Positions 17,722 to 26,280 of a DNA stretch of 32,000 nucleotides are shown here, one piece after another. Origin of the DNA: Desulfocapsa sulfexigens DSM 10523 (GTDB lineage: Bacteria > Desulfobacterota > Desulfobulbia > Desulfobulbales > Desulfocapsaceae); the NCBI RefSeq assembly GCF_000341395.1, contig NC_020304.1, positions 210,001-242,000 on the forward strand, in the 5' to 3' direction. Every line of letters starts with the position of its first letter. Position 1 is the stretch's first letter. Both the position numbers and the translations under genes were made by a program. Below the pieces are notes generated by a model. That model ran no database searches, had not been told where the DNA came from, and was given only the letters and a program-made list of their open reading frames with translations.

Positions 17722-19296
17722 TTACTCCAATAAGTTATAATTTTTTATTTTTCGCCCAAGGGCAATCAGGCCACCCATACAGGCCAATACAAGGCACGCA
17801 GGAGCAAAAAGGTAGCCACCACGTACAAAAAAAGTGCGCTCATCCATTACAGCAACCTTCTCCGTTGCCTGCCATGGAACAAACAGAGGGGACACCTGCT
17901 GCACACGTCCCATGGGATCAATAAATCCGGAAAACCCAGTGTTGGCAGAGCGCACAATGGAGCGCCGTGTTTCAACCGCCCGTAATCTGGTCATAGCCAG
18001 CGTCTGATAAGGAGCACTGGAATTCCCGTACCAGGCATCATTTGTCATGTTGACCAGGAGACTGGCACCGGCATCCACCCATTTTCTGGAAATATCTCCG
18101 AAGATAGATTCGAAGCAGATTAATACTCCAATCCGCGTCGTCTTACAAGCAGGAGGATTACGAATTTCTCCAGGAGTAAAATCCCCCACAGCTTCTACCA
18201 GTGGAGCAATAAACGGCAGGAATCGCTTAAAAGGCACATACTCTCCAAAGGGAACCAGATGACTTTTGGAAGTGCGAGCAATGATCTCACCACTGATGTC
18301 AAAAAGAAGGCTTGAGTTGAAAAGCTGATACTTCTCTTCCTCACCTTCCACTTCCTCGTACCAGGGCGATCCGGCCAGAAGCATTACCTGCTCATCAATT
18401 ATAAAACGCCTGATGGGTGTCAGAAGAGGATGATTACGCGGAAAAAAAGGCAGCGCGGTCTCGGGCCAGACAATAAGATCAGGCCGGAGGAAATCACTTC
18501 TCGTCCCCCTCATCAGCTGCAGACTCTGGCCGATATAGCCCTGAACTGTCCGTACCTTCACAGCCGGATCCCATTTCTGCCCCTGAGCAACATTCCCTTG
18601 AATCACTGCGACATTGAGAGTTTCAGCCTGAATAAGATTTTTTTTGACCTGCTGCCAGCGCCAACCGGAGTACAAAAGAGTGGCAACACATAGCACACAG
18701 ACGGGAGCCGCCAGTCGCACAGCCATTCGCATGTCTGTGCGATTAAGGAGAGCAAGAGCAAAAAGGCCGTTAAGCTGTACAATGAGAAAGGTCAGTCCGT
18801 AGTGGCCCCACAGATCCGCTGACTGGAACAGAATTGGTAGACCAGCGACCCCGTAGCCAAGATCCATCCAGGGAAAGCCGGAAAAGAAAAAGGAACGAAG
18901 AAAATCCAGGGCAACCCAGGCCACCGGAAGCAACCATATGGAGACGGCGGCTGGGAAACGGTGTACAAAGAGGCGAGTGAGCAGCACAAAAGCAACAAGA
19001 TACGCCGTCATGTAAAGACAGAGCAGCAGCAGGGCTGGAACAGAAAAAAACAGCGGTAAACCACCATACTGTCCCAATACAAAAACTATCCAGTAGAGCA
19101 GAATAAGAAAATGACCAATCCCCGTCAGCAGGGCACAGAAGAGAGCCTGTTTCCTGCTCGCCCTGAAGACATACACAAAAAAAGGAACACAGGAGACAGC
19201 AAGCAGAGGCCAGGCACCGAGGCCAAGGGCCAGCCAGAGTAAAAGGACTGTAGCACCACTCACCAGTAGTGTTGCACCGGTGGAAGATCCTTTCAT
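17722..19296 (-). CDS. lnt: Apolipoprotein N-acyltransferase
   Basis: Multi-TM N-terminal half plus a C-terminal CN-hydrolase domain (VIWPETALPFF, IGVLICFESIF, LLVNMTNDAWYG). ATGA start/stop overlap with corC. Confidence 0.9.
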   Translation of the reverse strand: MKGSSTGATLLVSGATVLLLWLALGLGAWPLLAVSCVPFFVYVFRASRKQALFCALLTGIGHFLILLYWIVFVLGQYGGLPLFFSVPALLLLCLYMTAYLVAFVLLTRLFVHRFPAAVSIWLLPVAWVALDFLRSFFFSGFPWMDLGYGVAGLPILFQSADLWGHYGLTFLIVQLNGLFALALLNRTDMRMAVRLAAPVCVLCVATLLYSGWRWQQVKKNLIQAETLNVAVIQGNVAQGQKWDPAVKVRTVQGYIGQSLQLMRGTRSDFLRPDLIVWPETALPFFPRNHPLLTPIRRFIIDEQVMLLAGSPWYEEVEGEEEKYQLFNSSLLFDISGEIIARTSKSHLVPFGEYVPFKRFLPFIAPLVEAVGDFTPGEIRNPPACKTTRIGVLICFESIFGDISRKWVDAGASLLVNMTNDAWYGNSSAPYQTLAMTRLRAVETRRSIVRSANTGFSGFIDPMGRVQQVSPLFVPWQATEKVAVMDERTFFVRGGYLFAPACLVLACMGGLIALGRKIKNYNLLE

Positions 19297-20177
19297 TTGT
19301 CTTCTTCTCCGGGAAGTGGCAGACGATCCACCCGTAACAAGTCGATCTGACGCCTGGAGGCACCGAGCACCGTAAACCGGAGTCCTTCAGCATCAACCGT
19401 ATCTCCGACCACTGCCAGACGGCCAAGGAGAAAAATCACAAAACCGCCTATGGACTCGTAATTTCCCTCGGCAGTGGTTACACCGAAATAGTCTTCAATA
19501 ACCTCAATATCTGCCTGAGCCTTCACCTGGACACTGTTTTCATTAATAACCTGCAGCAGGCTTCTTTCCACATCAGACTCATCGTCAATTTCACCAACGA
19601 TTTCTTCGAGAATATCCTCAAGTGTCACCAGACCACGCACTGCTCCAAATTCATCAGCCACCACTGCCACATGCACCTTCTGTTTTTGAAACTCACGAAG
19701 AAGATCCACGATCGGTTTATCTTCAGATATCACCCGTGGAGGATTTAAAAAATCCTCAAGTCCTTTCCCTTCATGCGCTCTGGCACACATCTGTAACAAA
19801 TTTTTAGCATGAACAATGCCCACAATATTATCAACAGTATCCCGATATATGGGAATCCTGGTAAAGCCCTTTTCAATAACCAGATCCACCAGTACGTTCA
19901 TATCGGTACCGATATCAGCACTCACAATCTCAGTCGATGGGGTCATCACCTCTCCCACCAGGGTATCATGGAAATCAAAGATGGAGTTGATCATCCGCTC
20001 TTCAAGGGAGGATATCAACCCCTGCTCTTCACCCTCTTCGAGCAATTCCTGAATTTCTTGCTCGAGATCTTCTGTCGTCTCCGGACCTCGTCCAAATCGA
20101 AGCAGGGATGTCAACCGTGCCAGCAGGGTCTTCTTTTCAGCAGGAGCGGCCGGTTCTTCTAGGTTTTCTTTTGTCAT
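19293..20177 (-). CDS. corC: CBS-pair / CorC_HlyC domain protein (Mg/Co efflux-associated CorC/YbeX family)
   Basis: Tandem CBS region (VMTPSTEIVSADI..., RIPIY) and a C-terminal transporter-associated domain. Canonical ybeX-lnt gene order. Confidence 0.85.
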   Translation of the reverse strand: MTKENLEEPAAPAEKKTLLARLTSLLRFGRGPETTEDLEQEIQELLEEGEEQGLISSLEERMINSIFDFHDTLVGEVMTPSTEIVSADIGTDMNVLVDLVIEKGFTRIPIYRDTVDNIVGIVHAKNLLQMCARAHEGKGLEDFLNPPRVISEDKPIVDLLREFQKQKVHVAVVADEFGAVRGLVTLEDILEEIVGEIDDESDVERSLLQVINENSVQVKAQADIEVIEDYFGVTTAEGNYESIGGFVIFLLGRLAVVGDTVDAEGLRFTVLGASRRQIDLLRVDRLPLPGEEDK

Positions 20178-20417
20178 GTTGGTTGAGAATAAAAGTTATT
20201 GTAATTGGAGTATCGGAATGAAGGCACTGGAAAAATAGTACCTTTTTTCTTTTCTAATTGCTACCGTATGGCTATAGTAGGCATCATTCGAGAGTGTTGC
20301 CAAAAAAAAAGATCGTTTAAATGAATTATTCGATCCTGTGAATACCCTATAAAAGCATTATGATGCAGCATGGAAGACAGTTTCCCTGTATCTAGGATTA
20401 CGATAAGAGGATAAAAA

Positions 20418-21821
20418 TTGGACGGAAAAGTTCTTATTGCAAACAGGGGCGAAATCGCCATTCGGATCATGGAGGCCTGCAAAGATCTAGACCTTGACTA
20501 CGTTGTGGTTTACACCGATGCTGACCAGGACTCCGAGCACGTTCAACGTAACAGGACCAGTGGTCCCGATCAGAATGCCTGGCGGATTAACAGCTACACG
20601 GAACCCAACGATCTCTTTGCCGTAGCCACCCATACGGGTTGTACTGCCATCCACCCTGGATACGGCTTCTTTTCAGAAGATTTTCGTTTTGCCAGACGGG
20701 CAACAATTCGTGACCACTCACTTATCTTTATTGGTCCAAGCTGGGAAGTCATCAGAAATCTTGGCGACAAAATCAACACCAAGAAAGTTGCCAACGAACT
20801 GCACATCCCCACCATTCCCGGAACCGACAGCCCTATTTACAACGAAATGGAGGCCGAGGAAATTGCTTTCCATTTACTTGAAAGCCAGAAGATACAGGAA
20901 ATCGAACGTCCTTCCATTCTCATAAAAGCTGCGGCTGGCGGCGGCGGAATGGGTATTGAAGAAGTTACGGAAATAGCCCAGTTCCGACGCATTTATCGTC
21001 AGGTACAGAATTATGCCAAACGACAGTTTGGAGATGGCGGAGTACTCATTGAGCAGTGCCTCACCGACTACAATCACCTGGAGGTGCAGCTGCTCTGTTC
21101 CCGTCACGGTGAACGTATCCACTTCGGATCCCGCAACTGTACTATCCAGTCCACCGGGCGCCAGAAACGAGTGGAGGCCGCGCCAGGCTTTCATGGATCC
21201 TGTTTTAATTACGATTTTGACGAGAAAAAAGTACTCGACATGATAGTCGAATACTCGCTCAAACTTGCCGCACATGTCCGCTACGACAATGTCGGCACCT
21301 GGGAATGGATCGTCTCCCGTTCAGGACAACCCTACCTGCTCGAAGTAAACACCAGGATTCAGGTGGAAAATGACGTCTCGGCCCGTATCAGTTATCTCGA
21401 TGACAAACATCCAAACCTGATCCGTGAACAGATCAGACTGGCTCTCGGGGAAAAGATCGGCTACAAACAGAATAGTGTGGAATTTAAAGGAGCATCCATT
21501 GAACTGCGTATCGTGGCAGAAGACACCAGACGCGGCTTTGCCCCCTGGATCGGCACCATTACTGAATTCAGCTTCCCAAAGCACGACTGGTCTGTTGTCT
21601 ACACCCATGTGCCCTTTGACCGTCCGTACACCATTCCAAGCGAGTATGATCCGAACCTTGCCCTGGCGCTCGTCTGGGGCGAAAACATGGATGAAGCGAA
21701 AAAACGTGCGGCTCGTTTTATTGATGAAGTACAAATCAAAGGAAAGGACTCCCAGGGTGGCGACATTATAACGAATCTTGACTATTTAAAAGTTAACCTG
21801 GACCGGCTGTTGACCTTCTAA
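20418..21821 (+). CDS. accC: Biotin carboxylase-like ATP-grasp enzyme (divergent AccC)
   Basis: TTG start after AGAGGA. N-terminus KVLIANRGEIAIRIMEACKDL, glycine-rich loop KAAAGGGGMGI, EVNTRIQVE. No BCCP/biotinyl domain at either end. Confidence 0.8.
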   Translation: MDGKVLIANRGEIAIRIMEACKDLDLDYVVVYTDADQDSEHVQRNRTSGPDQNAWRINSYTEPNDLFAVATHTGCTAIHPGYGFFSEDFRFARRATIRDHSLIFIGPSWEVIRNLGDKINTKKVANELHIPTIPGTDSPIYNEMEAEEIAFHLLESQKIQEIERPSILIKAAAGGGGMGIEEVTEIAQFRRIYRQVQNYAKRQFGDGGVLIEQCLTDYNHLEVQLLCSRHGERIHFGSRNCTIQSTGRQKRVEAAPGFHGSCFNYDFDEKKVLDMIVEYSLKLAAHVRYDNVGTWEWIVSRSGQPYLLEVNTRIQVENDVSARISYLDDKHPNLIREQIRLALGEKIGYKQNSVEFKGASIELRIVAEDTRRGFAPWIGTITEFSFPKHDWSVVYTHVPFDRPYTIPSEYDPNLALALVWGENMDEAKKRAARFIDEVQIKGKDSQGGDIITNLDYLKVNLDRLLTF

Positions 21822-21849
21822 CAAATCCAACCGAAACATATATCACAAT

Positions 21850-24126
21850 ATGATAGAACTACTTAAAGCGCTCCAGAAAATTGAAGAGCGTATAAACTAC
21901 CTGATACAGATCAAAGACTTCACCAACTGGGGCAACCTTTTCGGATTCCAGGAGACCTGCACCAAACTCAAGCAGAACCCCTACGATTTTCACGAGGAGC
22001 AGTTTGCCCAGGAAATCCGTAAGCTTGACGAGTCAATCTCATTCCTGGAAGAACGGGCTGAGGAGCAGCTGACCCCCATGGAACGGGTTCGCATCGTACG
22101 AACCAAAGAACGTTTCAGCCTCAAGGATATCCTGGAAAATGTCTACGAGGACTATACGGAACTTGGCGGACAGGATGAGGCCAACATCGACCCCGCAATG
22201 GTCTGCGCCAAAGCTACCATTGTCAGGAAGATTAAAGGAAAGCCCTACACGGCAACGGTCATGGTTATTGGCCAGGAAACCGGGCACGGGGAAGAGTTTC
22301 GTAATGGTGGGTCATGCAGGCCTGAGGGGAATGAAAAAGCATTGCGCTACATGAAAGTTGCCGAGACAGAGGGTATCCCCATTCATTTTTATATCTTCAC
22401 CCCTGGCTCCTTCCCCATAGAAGAGTACCCGGGTGCGGCCCAGCAGATCGCCCGTAACATCTACACCATGACCAAGCTGCGGGTCCCGTCGGTGTCACTT
22501 ATTTCAGAAGGTGGCTCTGGTGGTGCTGAAGCCATTGGACTTTCAGACTTTCGCCTCATGTGTTCTCATGGATACTACTCAGTAATCTCCCCTGAAGGAG
22601 CTGCTGCCATTGAAGGGAGAATAAAGGAGGGAGAGAAAGTCCCCAAAGAACTGGTTGAAGTGTGTGCCGAACGCCTGAAGCTCACTGCAAAAGACAATCG
22701 ATCCATGGGGACCATTGATGCCATCGTTAAAGAACCCCCTCTTGGTGCCCGTCACGATGATTTTGCCTTTTTTGCTCAGATCCGTTCGGAGATCACCCGG
22801 GCAACGGATAAAGTTGTACTCAGTGCAAAAAGCTTCAAAGCCTTCCGCGACTGGGAGAATAGAAGAAGAAAGAAAAAAACCGAACGGAAACATCTAGCCG
22901 TTGATATCCCCTGGGACCTTAACCCGGACGAGCAGCGGAGACTGCTTGCACTGCGCTCAAAAAAATATCGGGACATGGCCCTTGCAGGTTTTAGTGGCCA
23001 TCCTGCACCCACTGAAACCTTCTTTAAGCAGTTCCAGGAAAAGAGTGAAAAGGTCTATTACAACCTGCGTTATGATGTATTAAAAAATTCCCAGAAGCAG
23101 ATCAAGAAAGCGGTTCGAGATATGTCCGGCGAAGGTTCGGTCATAATCAAGCGTCTCTCGACCCCGTTGATCACGGTAAAAGAGTTCTTCGCCAAAGAGG
23201 GAACAAAACAGGGACCACCTCTGCGCATCACCCATAATACATCCGTACCTATACAGACATCTCAGCCCATGCACGACCCGCTGGAATTGACAGATACCTA
23301 CACCAGCCCTCGAGCGAATGAGGACAGAACCGTAACCTGTCCGAACAGCGGTACCCATGGTTGCAAGGATCTCTGGATACCTGATTTGTATGGCGAATTT
23401 GGAGGTGTGTGTGAAAACTGTGGCCACCATTTTCCACTTGAATACAAATGGTACCTGCATAACATTTTTGACCCGAATTCCATCTTCTTTTTCAATATGG
23501 ATATCACCTCAGGAAACCCGTTGGGATATAAGGGTTTTGATGCACGACTGAAGGACGCCAAGAAAAAAACCGGCCGTAATGCAGGCAACATGACATTTAC
23601 TGCCAATGTGATGGATATCAAAATCGTGGTCTCCATGCTCTATCAGGATTTTCGCAGCGGCACCGTCGGTTCCGCAGAAGGAGAAAAATTTGTTCAGGCC
23701 TGTGAGCTGGCTGCAAGAAAGAAACGCCCCCTGCTCTCTTACGTTCATACCACCGGCGGTATCAGAATCCAGGAAGGTACTTTCGGAGTCACCCAGATGC
23801 CCAAATGCACCATGGCGGTTCGTGAATATATTGATGCAGGCGGACTCTACATCGTTGTCTACGATAATGACTCCTACGCAGGACCAGTTGCCAGTTTTCT
23901 CGGATGCTCACCCTACCAATTCGCCATCCGCTCCAGCCGCGTCGGATTCGCAGGGCCGCGGGTCATCAGAGAAACAACGGGAACCGACATTCCACCGGAT
24001 TACCACTCAGCCCGTAACGCCTTAAAGCGCGGTCACATTCAGGGAATATGGGATCGCAGGGACTTCCGTCGCAATCTTTACAAATCCCTTATGACCATGG
24101 GAAGCCACAACCTTTATTACAGATAA
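21850..24126 (+). CDS. Fused carboxyltransferase, AccA-like N-terminal half and AccD-like C-terminal half
   Basis: The N-half aligns by eye with AccA (FIFTPGSFP..., SEGGSGGAEAIG, YSVISPEGAAAI). The C-half aligns with AccD, including a Cys-ribbon (CPNSGTHGC...CENCGHHF), TTGGIRIQEG and GFAGPRVIRETTG. About 150 aa of basic linker lie between them. Confidence 0.85.
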   Translation: MIELLKALQKIEERINYLIQIKDFTNWGNLFGFQETCTKLKQNPYDFHEEQFAQEIRKLDESISFLEERAEEQLTPMERVRIVRTKERFSLKDILENVYEDYTELGGQDEANIDPAMVCAKATIVRKIKGKPYTATVMVIGQETGHGEEFRNGGSCRPEGNEKALRYMKVAETEGIPIHFYIFTPGSFPIEEYPGAAQQIARNIYTMTKLRVPSVSLISEGGSGGAEAIGLSDFRLMCSHGYYSVISPEGAAAIEGRIKEGEKVPKELVEVCAERLKLTAKDNRSMGTIDAIVKEPPLGARHDDFAFFAQIRSEITRATDKVVLSAKSFKAFRDWENRRRKKKTERKHLAVDIPWDLNPDEQRRLLALRSKKYRDMALAGFSGHPAPTETFFKQFQEKSEKVYYNLRYDVLKNSQKQIKKAVRDMSGEGSVIIKRLSTPLITVKEFFAKEGTKQGPPLRITHNTSVPIQTSQPMHDPLELTDTYTSPRANEDRTVTCPNSGTHGCKDLWIPDLYGEFGGVCENCGHHFPLEYKWYLHNIFDPNSIFFFNMDITSGNPLGYKGFDARLKDAKKKTGRNAGNMTFTANVMDIKIVVSMLYQDFRSGTVGSAEGEKFVQACELAARKKRPLLSYVHTTGGIRIQEGTFGVTQMPKCTMAVREYIDAGGLYIVVYDNDSYAGPVASFLGCSPYQFAIRSSRVGFAGPRVIRETTGTDIPPDYHSARNALKRGHIQGIWDRRDFRRNLYKSLMTMGSHNLYYR

Positions 24127-24181
24127 TTTTCATACATTCACCCCCCTGTCCAACAGCTTTCCGAATAAATGGAGATAAAAA

Positions 24182-24532
24182 ATGTTTGAAGAAAAACGTC
24201 AATTCAAACGTATTGCCAGTAATGTTCGTGTAGGATTCAATAAACAGCAGGTTGACAAAGAGACGGAAGAATATTTCCAGGGGGTAGCTGAAGATTGTGG
24301 ACTCAGTGGTATGTTTCTCGCAACCGAGCATCTGATGCCCAAAGGAAGCGTGGTTTCACTCAACTTTCAGTTTATCGATGAAGAGGGAGAGCAGGTTATG
24401 ATCCAGGCCCAGGCTGTTGTTCGCTGGACTCAGCGATTTCGTAAGCCAAAGGGAATGGGGCTGGAATTTTTCGAATTCAACGGACTGGGAGACCGAAACT
24501 TTGAGGAATGTTTGAGGCTTTTGTTAAAATAA
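24182..24532 (+). CDS. Single-domain PilZ protein
   Basis: GGAGA RBS. RxxxR motif (RQFKR) near the N-terminus, a DCGLSGMFL segment in place of the usual D-x-S-x-x-G, and C-terminal GMGLEFFEF. Confidence 0.7.
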   Translation: MFEEKRQFKRIASNVRVGFNKQQVDKETEEYFQGVAEDCGLSGMFLATEHLMPKGSVVSLNFQFIDEEGEQVMIQAQAVVRWTQRFRKPKGMGLEFFEFNGLGDRNFEECLRLLLK

Positions 24533-24540
24533 CCGTAACT

Positions 24541-24695
24541 GCTCAGGTGGATAGTCTGAAGTGCGCTTTTGCTTACGCAAAAGCTGGAAGGCTAAAGGTA
24601 AAAGCCTTCGGGCCCTCAGAGTCCCCACTTCGTTCCGCTTACCTGGCCCGTCTGTTTTACCTTTAGCCTTCAGTCTTCGGCCTACTTACCTGAAC
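24541..24695. other. Highly structured palindromic intergenic element (candidate ncRNA or REP/MITE-like element)
   Basis: Perfect 8-bp hairpin gcttttgc-ttac-gcaaaagc (24565-24584). Perfect 17-bp inverted repeat gaaggctaaaggtaaaa (24587-24603) / ttttacctttagccttc (24655-24671), enclosing a 6-bp cgggcc/ggcccg helix. Outer imperfect arms gctcaggt (24541-48) / acctgaac (24688-95). Confidence 0.6.
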
Positions 24696-24759
24696 AATTG
24701 CACCCCCTCCCGTACCCAATTCTCGTCCTCGATGAAGCCACCACGCCACATACCCGCCA

Positions 24760-25164
24760 TCATTCCACATTGATGGTCATCAGAGATCCATCCTTGGGAC
24801 TTTTGCAGCGTATGACAGCAGTAGCCCCCCTGCCTGGAAGAGGTGACTTATAGTTCAAAATAATATGCTGTACCCCCGGAGCAGGATTTTTAAATAACCA
24901 CTTTGCCTCATTTTTCCCCGACGAAAATTTACTGTACTCAGGACTTGCGCTCCGCACCTGGATTCCTCCAGGGATGCGCTGATTAACAATAATGGAACTC
25001 GGCGCAGGATTCTCAATAATAATCTCCAGAACACTTCTCCCAGCACTGTTCTCCAGGTACCTGGCCTGAACCCCCTCGGCCCTGACCTCAGCACTCAGAA
25101 CCAGACACACACACGACAGCAGCAAAACCCAGATATTCGGGAACCCTCTTCTATTCTTTTTCAT
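24760..25164 (-). CDS. Small secreted protein, paralogous to the extracytoplasmic domain of the upstream regulator
   Basis: The ORF-track ORF is trimmed to the ATG at 25164 (AGGAG 8 nt upstream), because the long version overlaps the upstream gene. Signal peptide MKKNRRGFPNIWVLLLSCVCLVLSAEVRA. Confidence 0.65.
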   Translation of the reverse strand: MKKNRRGFPNIWVLLLSCVCLVLSAEVRAEGVQARYLENSAGRSVLEIIIENPAPSSIIVNQRIPGGIQVRSASPEYSKFSSGKNEAKWLFKNPAPGVQHIILNYKSPLPGRGATAVIRCKSPKDGSLMTINVE

Positions 25165-25189
25165 ACTTTTTACTCCTGTCTCATTACCA

Positions 25190-26086
25190 TCATGGAATAA
25201 TATCAAAAGTTGACAGTTTCGCATCCCAGCGATACCCGGATCCCATCCAGATGGATTCCACTTCTTCAACATTAACGCCAAGACCTTCCACACGACCAAA
25301 ATCGTCATACACGGCGAGCAACTCTTCATCGTCAATGATGTTATTTTTATCGCTGTCAGCCCAGTGAAACTCCAGCAAACGGATGCGACTTCTGCCATCC
25401 ACAGTGATTTCCTCACGGCTCGACTGACGCACGAGAAGTGTGCCAGTGAAGGAAAGAGGCTCATTTTCTGTCTCCTCTCTGGCTACACACCGCGCTATAT
25501 AGGAAAAAACTCTTTTGCCTGGACCATCCTTATCTATCCATTTCAAAAACCCGCCATCCACCACCGTGGCCTGAGGCATGGAAGCCACAACATTGCAACC
25601 TGCCGCCAACTGCTCCTTAAAGAGCAGTGAGGAGTCTTTTCCCGATTCAAAGACAACCTCAACAACGACCGGGAAAGGATGCCCAGATACTGTATGGGCG
25701 GGCATGCGTCTCTGGGCCGAGAGTTGCAGGACATCAGCACTCCTGAAGGTAATAATAAAAAAGAGCAGGACCCCAAGCAATAGAACGTTTGCAGCTATAA
25801 ACAGCAGAGTCTTTTTACTTCTCGAGGCAGGGGAGACAGCCTCAACCTGCTCTGCCTTTTCTTCTGGAACGGCGAGAATCTCCGACAGAGAAACAGCCAG
25901 GGCATCGGCCAGTTTTATACCATTCTCCTCTTTCAGGGTAGGGGCTTCCTGACGTTCCCATCGGGAGATAGTCTCGGTGGTCACACCAACTGCGGTTGCC
26001 ACGTAGAGCTGTGTCAGGTTCTGTTCTTCACGAAGAGCGCGTACCTTAGTCCCGCTGACCTGCACCATGGCTATCCCTGATTTCAT
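25190..26086 (-). CDS. Membrane-tethered XRE-family HTH regulator with extracytoplasmic domain and EF-hand/dockerin-like loop
   Basis: N-terminal HTH (VRALREEQNLTQLYVATAVGVTTETISRWERQ). One TM helix (TLLFIAANVLLLGVLLFFIITF). A C-terminal ~190 aa domain containing DSDKNNIIDDEE. The true start may be the second ATG at 26068 (MVQVSG...). Confidence 0.7.
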   Translation of the reverse strand: MKSGIAMVQVSGTKVRALREEQNLTQLYVATAVGVTTETISRWERQEAPTLKEENGIKLADALAVSLSEILAVPEEKAEQVEAVSPASRSKKTLLFIAANVLLLGVLLFFIITFRSADVLQLSAQRRMPAHTVSGHPFPVVVEVVFESGKDSSLLFKEQLAAGCNVVASMPQATVVDGGFLKWIDKDGPGKRVFSYIARCVAREETENEPLSFTGTLLVRQSSREEITVDGRSRIRLLEFHWADSDKNNIIDDEELLAVYDDFGRVEGLGVNVEEVESIWMGSGYRWDAKLSTFDIIP

Positions 26087-26247
26087 CCTTTTTCGTCCTG
26101 ACTAAGTAAATGGCAGTTTTCGTTACAATTCAAATCCAACCTACGCTATTTTCCACAGTTTACAACTTTCTTTCATATATTTCGAGGCAAAACAAGAACT
26201 CAACAGACAATGTAACACACTGATATTACGAAACCAGCCAGTCACGG

Positions 26248-26280
26248 AAACCCGACATCTCCCGATATCGGGTTTTTTAT
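26248..26280 (+). terminator. Orphan intrinsic terminator-like hairpin with no upstream plus-strand CDS
   Basis: aaacccga (26248-55) / tcgggttt (26268-75) followed by tttat. It contains the perfect 12-nt palindrome cccgatatcggg (26261-26272). Confidence 0.55.

Noticed and set aside
18770-19426. 218-aa minus-strand ORF, plus the smaller 18792-18998 ORF, overlapping lnt and corC in another frame
   Set aside because: It lies entirely within two confidently identified genes. Its composition is Cys/Trp/Ser-rich, with no start context.
24561-24773. 70-aa plus-strand ORF over the palindromic element
   Set aside because: It has a GTG start with no SD and runs straight through the perfect inverted repeats and into the convergent gene. 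The structure explains the sequence better than coding does.
25165-25464. N-terminal 100-aa extension of the 24760-25464 ORF
   Set aside because: The extension overlaps the 3' end of the XRE-TM gene in another frame. An internal ATG at 25164 has an AGGAG RBS and is followed at once by a classic signal peptide.
25190-26086. RodZ identity for the HTH-TM protein
   Set aside because: The architecture (XRE HTH - TM - outside domain) matches RodZ superficially. The outside domain carries an EF-hand/dockerin-like loop and has a secreted paralogue next door, and there is no typical rodZ neighbourhood. This is not fully excluded without a profile search.
26110-26223. 37-aa ORF (MAVFVTIQIQPTLFST...) ahead of the orphan terminator
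   Set aside because: It has no SD-like sequence upstream and an unremarkable composition. It is kept only as a remote possibility under the sRNA/leader finding.
26190-26250. Possible c-di-GMP (GEMM-type) riboswitch, because of aggcaaaac and acgaaaccagcc strings upstream of the orphan terminator
   Set aside because: I could not fold the intervening sequence into the two capped helices (GNRA loop and receptor) that define GEMM-I. There was also no match to the class II core, so the resemblance is limited to two short A-rich strings.
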